Source of the DNA: an uncultured bacterium
GTDB taxonomy: Bacteria > Oederibacteriota > JAAXVQ01 > JAUVAV01
NCBI GenBank assembly: GCA_963710755.1
Contig: CAVQBK010000001.1
Coordinates: 32,001-96,000 of the forward strand
DNA: 64,000 nt
Reading direction: 5' to 3'
Numbering within the stretch: the stretch's first letter is position 1; the number at the start of each line of letters is the position of its first letter. Positions 48,330 to 58,552 of this stretch are shown piece after piece. The notes beneath the pieces are model-generated. The model was not told the DNA's origin, did not search any database, and saw nothing but the letters and a program-made list of their open reading frames with translations. A program made the position numbers and the translations under genes.

Positions 48330-50534
48330 ATGGCATTAAGAAAGATAGTTTTAACCCTTCTAATGTGTGTTGCCGGTTGGGCTGGTTTGGGGATTACTTT
48401 AGGCCTGGCCATGGATGGCTTAAGCCCGGTAACGGAACTTATGCTGTTCAGCGATGAAATGATGGTGCAATCAGCCACCAAGCGGTTGCAGAAGCTGTCT
48501 GAGGTGCCTGGATCGGTTACTATTATTACTGAAAAAGAGATCAGAGAAAGCGGTGCCTTAACCATCTTTGAAGCCCTGAAAAACATGACCGATATGGCCA
48601 TTATCAATGAAAGCCTTTTTGATGCCATCCGCTTTCGAGGCATGCAGGCTTCCTACAATAATAAAATACTGGTTCTGGTGGACGGTCGTAAAGTCAATAC
48701 CATGGACTGGGGCAACTATGACGGTAAATTTGGCACGGACCTGGCCAATGTAAAGCAAATCGAAGTAATTAAAGGTCCGGGGTCATCCCTCTATGGGGCC
48801 AATGCCTATGCTGGAGTCATCAGTATCATCACCAAAGACGGAGCCGAAATTGGCGGCCTTAAAACTGATGTGAGCGTGGGGAATAAACCCGGTGATTTTG
48901 AACTTTCTCAGAAATATTCGCTGACTTATGGCACCAAACAAGGTGATCTGGATTATAAAGTGACCAGCAGTTATTGGCGCGAATTTGTCGTTGATCCCAT
49001 CACTCCCCAGACTCCCAATAGTCTTTGCAATGGTGTGGATGCCAATTTCCGGCTTGCCTATAAAGAGAAATGGATGTTGCAAGGCGGTTATTTCCGTTCC
49101 ACCAATCCCTGGAACGGGTCGCCCTATACCCCCACCCCCAATAACAATGAACAGTTGGAAACCTTGTTCTTAGATGGTACCTATGGGTTGGACTTGAATG
49201 ATCTTTCAAAATTAAAATTACACGTAACGGACAATTATTCTTTGAACAGAATTTTTAAAACCGAATTGTGGAATCTGAATCGAATAAAAATCAACAGTAT
49301 GTCCGATTTGCCGACTCCTACCCCGAGTGTTATTGTGGACGACCAGGGCAATTTTAGCCTGATTACCGATGCGATTGGACAATATTATATCGGGTTTGAG
49401 GATTTGACCAGGATTATGAGCGGCCATGGGGTGGTGGTATCGGACTTGGGAAAGGGCCAGGCCAATGAATTCAATGCCGAGTTGCAATATGACCTGTCCT
49501 GGCCGCAAAACAATTACCTGCTGGCCGGACTTAATGTCAAGTTTGATTGGACCAATCAAAATTATTTTACTCAGGACGAAGTCACCGATCAGAATTATGC
49601 GGTATTTCTTCAAGATGAATATCATCTGGGCGATGATCTGATCTTCTTAAGTGGCTTGCGTTATGATTATAACCGGGATTATGGCAGCAATCTCAGCCCC
49701 AGGGAGAGCCTGATATATGAGCCCCTCAAAGGCCTTCGTATGAAGGCCCTTTATGGCAGCGCCTTCCGCGCGCCCGTAATTCTGGAACGGTATACTTTAA
49801 GTGATTACGGGTTTTATGATGTTACCGGCAATCCGGAGTTAAAACCGGAGAGCATCCAGCAAAGCGAAGCCAGTGTGGAATATGAACTGGGCAAAGTGTT
49901 CCAAGCCAAGGCTGCCTATTTTTACTGGGAAACCAAAAATGAAATTCAATTTGCCTACACGTTTGGCGATCTTTTCGCTTATGTACCCGACTTTAGCCTG
50001 CTTGATCCCATGCAGCCGGCCATGGCCGGTCTGCTTTATTTAAAAGAACTAAATGTGGCCCCTGCCTTTGTGACCTGGGACAATTCCAACAGCCGCATTG
50101 GCCATGGATTGGAATTGGAAACCACCATCACTCCAACGGATTTTGCCCGCCTCAAGTTAAATTATAGCAGGCTTAATCTCTATTCCAGAAACATTTTGGT
50201 AGCCCCTGAATGGGCGCAAGGTGTTGCCGATATTGCGAACGGCATCGTGGAATTGCATTATAAAGATTTGGTGTTTTTAAATGTCTACGCCCATGTTGGC
50301 CGCATGCCAGTCACCGTTGTGGCTGACCCCATGGTCAACCGGGATAGGCATGTGGAAGCCAATTGGCTGCAGCAATATGATGTGAGTCTGGGCTGCAATG
50401 TTCAAGGACTCAGCCTGGTAGCAGCTGTTTTTAATGTATTAAATAATGCCGTGGCCTTTGATGAAAAAGATGCCAAGTATTTAAAAGGTTCACCCATATA
50501 TCGTCTTAATGCGTCGTACACACTTAAATTTTAA
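48330..50534 (+). CDS. TonB-dependent receptor, array copy 3
   Basis: Same plug motifs, GNPELKPE, C-terminal YTLKF; start 48330 (or 48315). Confidence 0.93.
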   Translation: MALRKIVLTLLMCVAGWAGLGITLGLAMDGLSPVTELMLFSDEMMVQSATKRLQKLSEVPGSVTIITEKEIRESGALTIFEALKNMTDMAIINESLFDAIRFRGMQASYNNKILVLVDGRKVNTMDWGNYDGKFGTDLANVKQIEVIKGPGSSLYGANAYAGVISIITKDGAEIGGLKTDVSVGNKPGDFELSQKYSLTYGTKQGDLDYKVTSSYWREFVVDPITPQTPNSLCNGVDANFRLAYKEKWMLQGGYFRSTNPWNGSPYTPTPNNNEQLETLFLDGTYGLDLNDLSKLKLHVTDNYSLNRIFKTELWNLNRIKINSMSDLPTPTPSVIVDDQGNFSLITDAIGQYYIGFEDLTRIMSGHGVVVSDLGKGQANEFNAELQYDLSWPQNNYLLAGLNVKFDWTNQNYFTQDEVTDQNYAVFLQDEYHLGDDLIFLSGLRYDYNRDYGSNLSPRESLIYEPLKGLRMKALYGSAFRAPVILERYTLSDYGFYDVTGNPELKPESIQQSEASVEYELGKVFQAKAAYFYWETKNEIQFAYTFGDLFAYVPDFSLLDPMQPAMAGLLYLKELNVAPAFVTWDNSNSRIGHGLELETTITPTDFARLKLNYSRLNLYSRNILVAPEWAQGVADIANGIVELHYKDLVFLNVYAHVGRMPVTVVADPMVNRDRHVEANWLQQYDVSLGCNVQGLSLVAAVFNVLNNAVAFDEKDAKYLKGSPIYRLNASYTLKF

Positions 50535-50578
50535 GTGTAATAACTACAGCCAATGGGCAACCAAGCTAGGAGGGAAAA

Positions 50579-52790
50579 ATGAATCTCAAAAAGGGTATGT
50601 CAGCAGTTGCCATGATGGCAGTGATCATGGCCGGGACCACGGCAGGGCTGGTTCAAGCCATGGACAGCTTTAATCCGGTAACAGAGCTCATGCTGTTCAG
50701 TGACGAGATTATGGTTATGTCCGCCACCAAGCGCCTGCAGAAGCTCTCCGAAGTGCCTGGGTCGGTCACCATTATTACGGAAAAAGAAATCAAGGAGCGG
50801 GGAGCACTTACGATCTATGATGCCTTGTTCAATATGACTGGTGTTTGTTTTGCCAATGAGGGTCTGTTCAATACCATGCGCTTCCGTGATATGCAAGCTT
50901 CTTATAACAATAAAATATTGGTCTTGGTGGATGGGCGGAAAGTCAATGCGCTGGACTGGGGCAATTATGACGGTAACTTTGGTACCAACCTGGCGAATGT
51001 GAAACAGATCGAAGTGATCAAAGGTCCGGGATCATCCCTCTATGGCGCCAATGCCTATGCCGGGGTTATCAATATCGTGACCAAGGACGGCGCTGAGATC
51101 GGCGGGCTCAAAACGGACATCAGTATTGGCAACAAACCTGGCGATTCGGAAGTCTCCCAGAAATACACGGTAACCTATGGCAATAAAACCGGAGATTGGG
51201 ACTACAAAGTCTCGAGCAGCTACTGGCGTGCATTGGGTATTGATCCATACAATGGTCCTCATCCCAATGACCTCTATACGGGTGACTCGGCTGACTTCAG
51301 TCTGAAATGGAAAGATCAATGGACTTTGAACGGCGGTTATCAGAAAAACAGCAATCCCTGGAGCGGTTCCGAATGGACGCCCACGCCCAGAAACACGGAA
51401 GAAATGGAATCCATCTATTTGGATACCACATATAATCTAACCCTCAATGATCTTTCCAAAGTGAAAGCCCATTTAACGGATACCTATGATTTGACCAGAG
51501 CCCTGCGCAGTGAATATTGGGATATTACCCGCAGAAAGATCAACAGCATAAGCGATCTGCCCACACCGACGCCGGTGGTTATTATAGATGAGCAGGGTAA
51601 CATGGACTTCGACATTGCCAATACTGTGGGTAATTATTACATTGACTTTAATGATTTTGTTAAAATCGCTACCGGTGGCGCGCTGGATGTGGTGGATTTA
51701 GGCCGGGGCCAGATGAATGAATTCAGCGCTGATGTTCAATATGATTTGGCGTGGCCGCAAAACAACTATTTGCTGGCTGGGATCAATGTCAATCTGGCTT
51801 GGTCGAATATTGACTATTATAATATCAATCAAGTAACAGACAATAACTATGCCGCCTACGTCCAGGATGAATATCATTTGGGCGATCAGTTGATCCTGCT
51901 CAGCGGTCTGCGCTATGACTATAACCGGGATTATGGCAGCAACCTGAGCCCCCGGGAGAGCTTGATCTACGAACCGCTCAAAGGTCTGCGTTTCAAGGGC
52001 CTGTATGGCAGTGCTTTTAGGTCGCCTGTGATCTTTGAACGCTATGCTCTGACGGACTATGGCTTTTATGAAGTTAAGGCCAACGTGGATTTAAAACCGG
52101 AGAGCATTCAGCAGAGTGAAGCCAGTGTGGAATATGAAATCGGCAAATGGTTTCAAGCCAAGGCCGATTATTTTTACTGGGAAACTCAGAATGAAATTCA
52201 ATTCGCCTATACCTTTGGAAACCTTTATGCCTATGTGCCTGATTTTAGTTTACTTGATCCCATGCAGCCGTCCATGGCCGGGTTCCTCTATCTGCAAGCG
52301 TTGAATGTAGCTCCTGCCTTTGTAAGTTTTGACAATTCCAACAGCCGCATTGGTCATGGCTTTGAATTGGAAACCAACATCGCACCAACCGATTATACCC
52401 GGCTCAAGTTGAATTACAGCCGCATTAATCTCTATGCCCGAAAAGAACCAATCCATCCTTCCTGGGATCAAGGCGTGGCGGATATTGCCAACGCGGTACT
52501 GGAATTGCATTACCAGGATATGGTTTTTCTTAATTTCTATGCCCACGTAGCCGCAAGCCCCACCAAAATCAAAATGGAGGCGGAAATCCGCTGGTAAAAA
52601 CATATATATAGCCTCCAAATGGCTGCCCCAATATGACGTCAGCCTGGGCTTTAATCTTGATCAATTCAGCCTGGTGGCCGCGGTCTATAACGTATTTTCC
52701 AATCCCGTGGCCTATGATGGAGGCGTGGATGATTATTTGAAAGGCCAACCGCTTTACCGTGTAAATTTGGGGTATACCCTTAAATTTTAA
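50579..52790 (+). pseudogene. TonB-dependent receptor, array copy 4, interrupted by a +1 frameshift near 52565-52594 (pseudogene or sequencing error)
   Basis: ORF stops at 52597; the +1 frame continues SAGKNIYIASKWLPQYDVSLG...RVNLGYTLKF* to 52790, matching the paralogs. Confidence 0.88.
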
Positions 52791-52824
52791 AAAAAATGAG
52801 GTATAACACCATAGGGGGCAGGCA

Positions 52825-55029
52825 ATGGCGGGAATAAGGGGGCTGACAGCAGTTGCCATGATGGGAGTGGTCATGACCGGCGCCATGGCAGGGCTGGTTC
52901 AAGCCATGGACAGCTTTAGTCCGGTAACAGAGCTCATGCTATTCAGTGATGAGATTATGGTCATGTCTGCTACCAAGCGCCTGCAAAAGCTTTCGGAAGT
53001 ACCCGGGTCGGTGACCATCATCACCGAAAAGGAAATTAAAGAACGGGGCGCTTTAACTATTTACGAAGCGCTGACCAATATGACCGGGGTGAGCTTTGCC
53101 AATGAAGGCTTGTTCAACACCATGCGTTTCCGCGGCATGCAAGCGTCCTATAATAACAAGATTTTGGTTTTAGTGGACGGCCGCAAGATCAATGAAATGG
53201 ATTGGGGTAATTACAATGGTGATTTCGGCACCCATTTAGCCAATGTCAAGCAAATCGAGGTGATCAAAGGTCCGGGGTCATCCCTCTATGGGGCCAATGC
53301 CTATGCCGGAGTCATCAATATCGTGACCAAGGACGGAGCTGAAATCAGCGGGCTAAGTACCGAGGTTAGTATAGGCAACAAACCAGGTGATTTTGAAGTG
53401 TCTCAGAAATATACCATGACTTACGGAACCCAAAACGGGGACTGGGATTATAAGGTATCAACTAGTTATTGGAGGGAAAAGGGCATTGATCCTTATAACC
53501 ATCCCAGTCCCAACAACTTGTTTACCGGCGACCAGGCTAATTTCAGTCTGAAATGGAAAGATCAATGGAGCCTGCAAGGCGGCTATCAACGGACTAAAAA
53601 TCCATGGAATGGATCCGAATGGACGCCCACACCTAAAAATGCTGAAGAATTGGAAATATTATATTTGGACAGTACCTATACTATGGAGCTTAATGATCTT
53701 TCCAAAGTCAAGTTGCGGATAAGTGACAACTATGATTTGAATAAAGTCTTGCTCAGTGAGTATTGGGATTTAAACCGTATCAAGATTAACTCACTAAGCG
53801 ATTTGCCTTCTCCTTCCCCTGTGATCATTGTCACCGATACCGGAGAAATGCAGCCGATTGCCAATGCCATCGGCCGTTACTACATCCCTTTTGAAAATTT
53901 TATCAATCTGGCCAACAACCAGGCCCTTGATGTGGTGGCTTTGGGCCGCGGCCAAATCAACGAATTCATGACAGATGTACAGTATGACCTTTCCTGGCCG
54001 CGAAATAATTATTTGTTGGCCGGCGTCAATGTGCAATACGGTTGGTCCAATATGGATTATTACAATCAGCCCCAGGTGACAGATAACAATTACGCGGTTT
54101 ATGTTCAGGATGAGTATCATTTGGGTGATCAGCTCATTCTTTTGAGTGGGTTGCGTTATGACTACAACCAGGATTATGGCAGTAATCTTAGCCCCCGGGA
54201 AAGCGTTATCTATGAACCTGTGAAAGGGTTGCGTCTGAAAGGCTTATATGGCAGCGCTTTTCGCGCGCCCGTGATATCGGAACGCTATTCAGAGACGGAT
54301 TATGGTTTTTATGAAGCCACGGGCAATATTAATTTAAAACCTGAAAACATCCAGCAGAGTGAAGCCAGCATAGAATACGAGCTGGGCAAATGGCTGCAGG
54401 CCAAGGCCGGTTATTTTTATTGGGAAACGCACAATGAAATTCAATTTGATTATACTTATGCCAATTTGTACGCTTATGTGCCTGATTTCAACCTGATCGA
54501 TCCCATGCAACCACACATGGCAGGACTGCTTTATTTGAAGGACCTAAATGTGGCCCCGGCCTTGGTGACTTGGGACAACACCAACAGCCGCATTGGCCAT
54601 GGGGTGGAACTGGAAACCATCTTGACCCCGAGTGATTTTACCAAGCTTAAACTCAATTACAGCCGGATCAATCTTTACGCCCGGGATATTCCTGGAGCAC
54701 CAGAATGGGATCAAGGCATAGCGACGATAGCCAATGCTGTTTTGGAATTACATTATAAAGACTTGGTTTTCCTGAATTTTTATGCCCATCTGTCGTCAAG
54801 TCCAACCAAAAACACTAATGGCGGCTTGGACGGAAACGGCTATTACATAGCGTCCAAATGGTTGCCTCTGTATGACGTGAGCCTGGGCTTTAACATTGAC
54901 AAATTCAGCCTGGTGGCCGCGGCTTACAATGTCTTTGAAAATCCTGTGGCCTATGATAGTGCCATTGATGATTACCTGAAAGGCCAGACCCTTTATCGTG
55001 TGAATTTGGGGTATACCCTTAAATTTTAA
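52825..55029 (+). CDS. TonB-dependent receptor, array copy 5
   Basis: Same plug motifs, NLKPE, C-terminal YTLKF. Confidence 0.93.
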   Translation: MAGIRGLTAVAMMGVVMTGAMAGLVQAMDSFSPVTELMLFSDEIMVMSATKRLQKLSEVPGSVTIITEKEIKERGALTIYEALTNMTGVSFANEGLFNTMRFRGMQASYNNKILVLVDGRKINEMDWGNYNGDFGTHLANVKQIEVIKGPGSSLYGANAYAGVINIVTKDGAEISGLSTEVSIGNKPGDFEVSQKYTMTYGTQNGDWDYKVSTSYWREKGIDPYNHPSPNNLFTGDQANFSLKWKDQWSLQGGYQRTKNPWNGSEWTPTPKNAEELEILYLDSTYTMELNDLSKVKLRISDNYDLNKVLLSEYWDLNRIKINSLSDLPSPSPVIIVTDTGEMQPIANAIGRYYIPFENFINLANNQALDVVALGRGQINEFMTDVQYDLSWPRNNYLLAGVNVQYGWSNMDYYNQPQVTDNNYAVYVQDEYHLGDQLILLSGLRYDYNQDYGSNLSPRESVIYEPVKGLRLKGLYGSAFRAPVISERYSETDYGFYEATGNINLKPENIQQSEASIEYELGKWLQAKAGYFYWETHNEIQFDYTYANLYAYVPDFNLIDPMQPHMAGLLYLKDLNVAPALVTWDNTNSRIGHGVELETILTPSDFTKLKLNYSRINLYARDIPGAPEWDQGIATIANAVLELHYKDLVFLNFYAHLSSSPTKNTNGGLDGNGYYIASKWLPLYDVSLGFNIDKFSLVAAAYNVFENPVAYDSAIDDYLKGQTLYRVNLGYTLKF

Positions 55030-55066
55030 AAGTATTGTTGAACAATCCCAATGGAGGATGAAAGAA

Positions 55067-57271
55067 ATGATAAAAAATGGACCTTTGGCTTTAATCGTGG
55101 CTCTGGTAGTGACCTCCACGACAACCGTTGCAGTAAAAGCCATGAGTGATTTGAACCAAGTCACGGAACTCATGCTTTTCAGCGATGAGATCATGGTCCA
55201 ATCAGCTACCAAGCGTCTGCAAAAGCTCTCCGAAGTGCCGGGATCGGTGACCATCATTACGGCTAAAGAGATTGAGGAACGGGGAGCCTTAACCATTTAT
55301 GAAGCCTTGAATAACATGACTGGTGTCAGCTTTGCCAATGAAGGTCTGTTTAATACCATGCGTTTTCGTGGCATGCAGGCTTCTTACAACAATAAAATAT
55401 TGCTTCTAGTGGACGGCAGGAAAGTCAATGTCCTCGATTGGGGCAATTATGACGGTAACTTTGGCACCAATCTGGACAATGTCAAGCAGATCGAGGTAAT
55501 CAAGGGTCCCGGGTCTTCGCTCTACGGCGCCAATGCCTATGCCGGTGTGATCAGTATTATCACCAAAACCGGTGCCGAGATCGGTGGTCTGAAAACCGAG
55601 ATGAGCGTAAGCAATAAACCCGGTGATTTTGAGGTGTCCCAAAAGTACAGCCTGACCTATGGTACCAAACAGGATGGCCTGGATTACAAAGTCTCGGCCA
55701 GCTATTGGCGCCAATTGGGCATTGACCCTTTTAATGATCCTCGCCCCAATGATTTATATGAAGGAGAAGATGCCAACTTTAGCCTAAATTTGAAGGATAT
55801 CTGGACACTCCAGGGCGGTTATCACCGTTCCAGCGAACCTTGGAGCGGGTCGGTGTATACGCCAACTCCCAGGAATAATCAGAAAATGGAAATGCTTTAT
55901 TTGGACAGCACCTATACGCTGGGGTTGAATGAATTGTCCAAATTGAAACTCCATATAAGCGATAATTATAACACCTCAAAATTCCTTGAGACGGAATTGT
56001 GGGACCTGGACAGGCAGAAAATTAATAGCGCGGCTGATTTGCCTACTCCTACGCCATCTATTATTGTTACCGACAAAGGGGACATGCAACCAGTAACCAA
56101 TGCCATCGGCAATTATTATATTGGTGTCAATGACTTTCTTAGAATTGTCAGCGGCAGCGGCTTAGATGTAGTGGGTTTAGGTAAAGGACAGATGAATGAA
56201 TTTATCGCTGAAGTCCAATATGACCTGTCCTGGCCGCAGAACAACTATCTTTTGGCCGGGATTAATATGAAATTGGACTGGTCCAACCAGATTTATTTTG
56301 TGACCGATCAAGTCACGGATAACAATTATGCTGCTTATATCCAGGATGAATATCACTTGGCCGATAAATTAATCCTTTTAAGCGGATTGCGTTTTGACTA
56401 TAACCGGGATTATGGTAATAATCTCAGCCCCCGGGAAAGCTTGATCTACGAACCCCTTAAAGGCCTGCGCTTTAAAGGCCTTTATGGAAGTGCTTTTAGA
56501 TCGCCGGTGATGTTGGAAAGATATAGCAATACGGATTACGGGTTTTATGAAGCCACCGGCAACCCTGATGTAAAACCGGAAAGCATTCAGCAAAGTGAAG
56601 CCAGCGTGGAATACGAGCTGGGTAAATGGCTGCAGGCCAAGGCGAACTATTTTTACTGGGAAACGCAAAATGAAATCCAATTTGTCTATACCTTTGGATC
56701 GCTCTATGTCTATTCACCTGATCTCAGCCTGATCAGCCCTCTTATGCCCGCCGTGCCGGGTCTGTTCTATGCTACTCCCTTAAATGTCGCACCGGCACTG
56801 GTGAGTTGGGATAATTCCAACAGCCGTATCGGCCATGGATTGGAATTGGAGACATCGATTACACCTACTGACTATGCTCGAATTAAATTAAATTACAGTC
56901 GCGTCAATCTTTATGCGCGGGAAAAGCCAGCCCATCCATCATGGGCGCAAGGCGTGGCTGATGTGGGCAATGGTGTGTTGGAACTGCATTATAAAAATGT
57001 ACTCTTTTTCAATTTTTATGCTCATATTAGCCGGACGCCCATGACTATTGACAGCGGTTCCACAGCGACGTCCGGCCCGGGAGCTGAGGTGACCGCCAAA
57101 TGGCTGCCGCAATATGATGTCAGCTTGGGATGCAATTATCAGGGGTTAAGCCTGGTAGGGGCAGTCTATAATATTTTTAATAACCCCGTGGCCTATGACA
57201 CCCTTAACGATAATTATCTGAAGGCCGAGCCCATCTACAGACTCAATGCTTCCTATACTCTGAAGTTTTAG
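55067..57271 (+). CDS. TonB-dependent receptor, array copy 6
   Basis: Same plug motifs, GNPDVKPE, C-terminal YTLKF; GGAGG spacing favours ATG 55067 over 55058. Confidence 0.93.
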   Translation: MIKNGPLALIVALVVTSTTTVAVKAMSDLNQVTELMLFSDEIMVQSATKRLQKLSEVPGSVTIITAKEIEERGALTIYEALNNMTGVSFANEGLFNTMRFRGMQASYNNKILLLVDGRKVNVLDWGNYDGNFGTNLDNVKQIEVIKGPGSSLYGANAYAGVISIITKTGAEIGGLKTEMSVSNKPGDFEVSQKYSLTYGTKQDGLDYKVSASYWRQLGIDPFNDPRPNDLYEGEDANFSLNLKDIWTLQGGYHRSSEPWSGSVYTPTPRNNQKMEMLYLDSTYTLGLNELSKLKLHISDNYNTSKFLETELWDLDRQKINSAADLPTPTPSIIVTDKGDMQPVTNAIGNYYIGVNDFLRIVSGSGLDVVGLGKGQMNEFIAEVQYDLSWPQNNYLLAGINMKLDWSNQIYFVTDQVTDNNYAAYIQDEYHLADKLILLSGLRFDYNRDYGNNLSPRESLIYEPLKGLRFKGLYGSAFRSPVMLERYSNTDYGFYEATGNPDVKPESIQQSEASVEYELGKWLQAKANYFYWETQNEIQFVYTFGSLYVYSPDLSLISPLMPAVPGLFYATPLNVAPALVSWDNSNSRIGHGLELETSITPTDYARIKLNYSRVNLYAREKPAHPSWAQGVADVGNGVLELHYKNVLFFNFYAHISRTPMTIDSGSTATSGPGAEVTAKWLPQYDVSLGCNYQGLSLVGAVYNIFNNPVAYDTLNDNYLKAEPIYRLNASYTLKF

Positions 57272-57360
57272 TTGTTTTTGTAGCCCAATGACCGGTTAAG
57301 CTTCGGCTTGTTTAAAATGCGGCCGGTGATTAGACGACCTTGAAAGAACGCATGGGTAGA

Positions 57361-57423
57361 GTACAGGTTACTTGTACGGCGCAGGCTGGATGCCAGTCCC
57401 TACGCAGCCAACCGCCGTCTGCC
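57361..57423 (-). repeat. Dispersed ~63-bp repeat, copy 2
   Basis: Reverse complement aligns with 27765-27828. Confidence 0.8.
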
Positions 57424-57597
57424 TAAGGATTTGGTCAACATCCTGTCAAAAACAAGAACGGATTTAGTTCATGGCTCTATTGGCAACCTGCATCTGCGCT
57501 TGGCCCATAGAGCTCTATTTTTCTAAAAAAGCATATAACATGAAAGGAAAACGCGACTTGAATGTCAAAAGGTTAAAACTATTCAAGGAGCGACTCA

Positions 57598-58329
57598 TTG
57601 AAGCCATTAAACCGACCTTTGCAATGTCTAGTCCATCTCAAGTCACTTTTGAGTCCTTCGGTCTGTCCCGTTTGTAAGCGTTCTGCCAACCATTATGCCT
57701 TGCCTATTTTATGCCACCGCTGTCGTCCTAAAGTAAACAATAACCGGCGCTGCTTAAAATGCGGCCGGCTGCTATCGTTAACTATGCCCTATGATATTAT
57801 CGGATGTCGCTATTGCCAAAAAATGTCGTTCACCTTCAATAGTGTTTACTGTTTAGCGGGTTATGAAGGCCTATGGAAAGAAGTCGTTCTTGCCTTTAAA
57901 GCCCATCCAGACCTTTTCCTGATGCTCCAGTTAGCCCACCGCTTCTCCCGAATTCTTAGAAACATCATGGCTGTTACCCGCGATACCTTGGTGGTCACTG
58001 TCCCGCGGCGCTGGAAACACCAGCCCCAAGCCCTCGTCTTCGTCGCAAAAAAAATTGCTTTTTATTCGGATTGTGCCTTTGCCCAACCCTTACGATTTAT
58101 TCGCGCCACCAAGCCGCAACATCAGCTCGGCAGGGAAAAACGTTTGAAAAATATGCGTTTTAGCATGGAAGCCAAAGTTTTGGTGAAGGATAAAGCCATT
58201 GTTTTAATTGACGATGTCCTGACCACAGGCGCTACCCTAAATGAATGCAGCCGGGCGTTGAAAAAAGCAGGGGCAAACTCTGTTGTCGCGCTCACACTGG
58301 CCAGGTCGCTGACCGTATTGGACAAATGA
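57598..58329 (+). CDS. comF: ComF/GntX-family protein (double zinc ribbon + phosphoribosyltransferase)
   Basis: Four CxxC pairs; LIDDVLTTGATL PRPP loop; TTG start after AAGGAG. Confidence 0.9.
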   Translation: MKPLNRPLQCLVHLKSLLSPSVCPVCKRSANHYALPILCHRCRPKVNNNRRCLKCGRLLSLTMPYDIIGCRYCQKMSFTFNSVYCLAGYEGLWKEVVLAFKAHPDLFLMLQLAHRFSRILRNIMAVTRDTLVVTVPRRWKHQPQALVFVAKKIAFYSDCAFAQPLRFIRATKPQHQLGREKRLKNMRFSMEAKVLVKDKAIVLIDDVLTTGATLNECSRALKKAGANSVVALTLARSLTVLDK

Positions 58330-58457
58330 ATAGGCCATTAGGGAAAATAATCCATAAAATGTAATAAAAACTGAACACACCCATCTTAAGTAAAAAATTA
58401 AAAGTTACTTATAAAATTAACAAAACCATCATAAAAAATTTATAATACCCAAAAAAA

Positions 58458-58519
58458 TGTGCACAGTGCACAAAAAGTTAATACATTTTCTTGACATAGT
58501 AATTAAAAACAGGTACAAT
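58458..58519 (+). promoter_or_regulatory. Sigma70 promoter with upstream palindromic operator
   Basis: TGTGCAC-A-GTGCACA (58458-58472), then TTGACA-17 nt-TACAAT. Confidence 0.7.
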
Positions 58520-58552
58520 AACGCCACTTAGAAAAAAATATGGGGGGCGAAG

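Noticed and set aside
52602-52610. ATATATATA microsatellite as a phase-variation switch for receptor copy 4
   Set aside because: It lies downstream of the premature stop (52595-52597), so slippage there cannot restore the frame
43752-57271. Diversity-generating retroelement or invertase shufflon driving receptor variation
   Set aside because: No reverse transcriptase, recombinase or template repeat in the window; all copies are full genes in one orientation and differences are not adenine-specific
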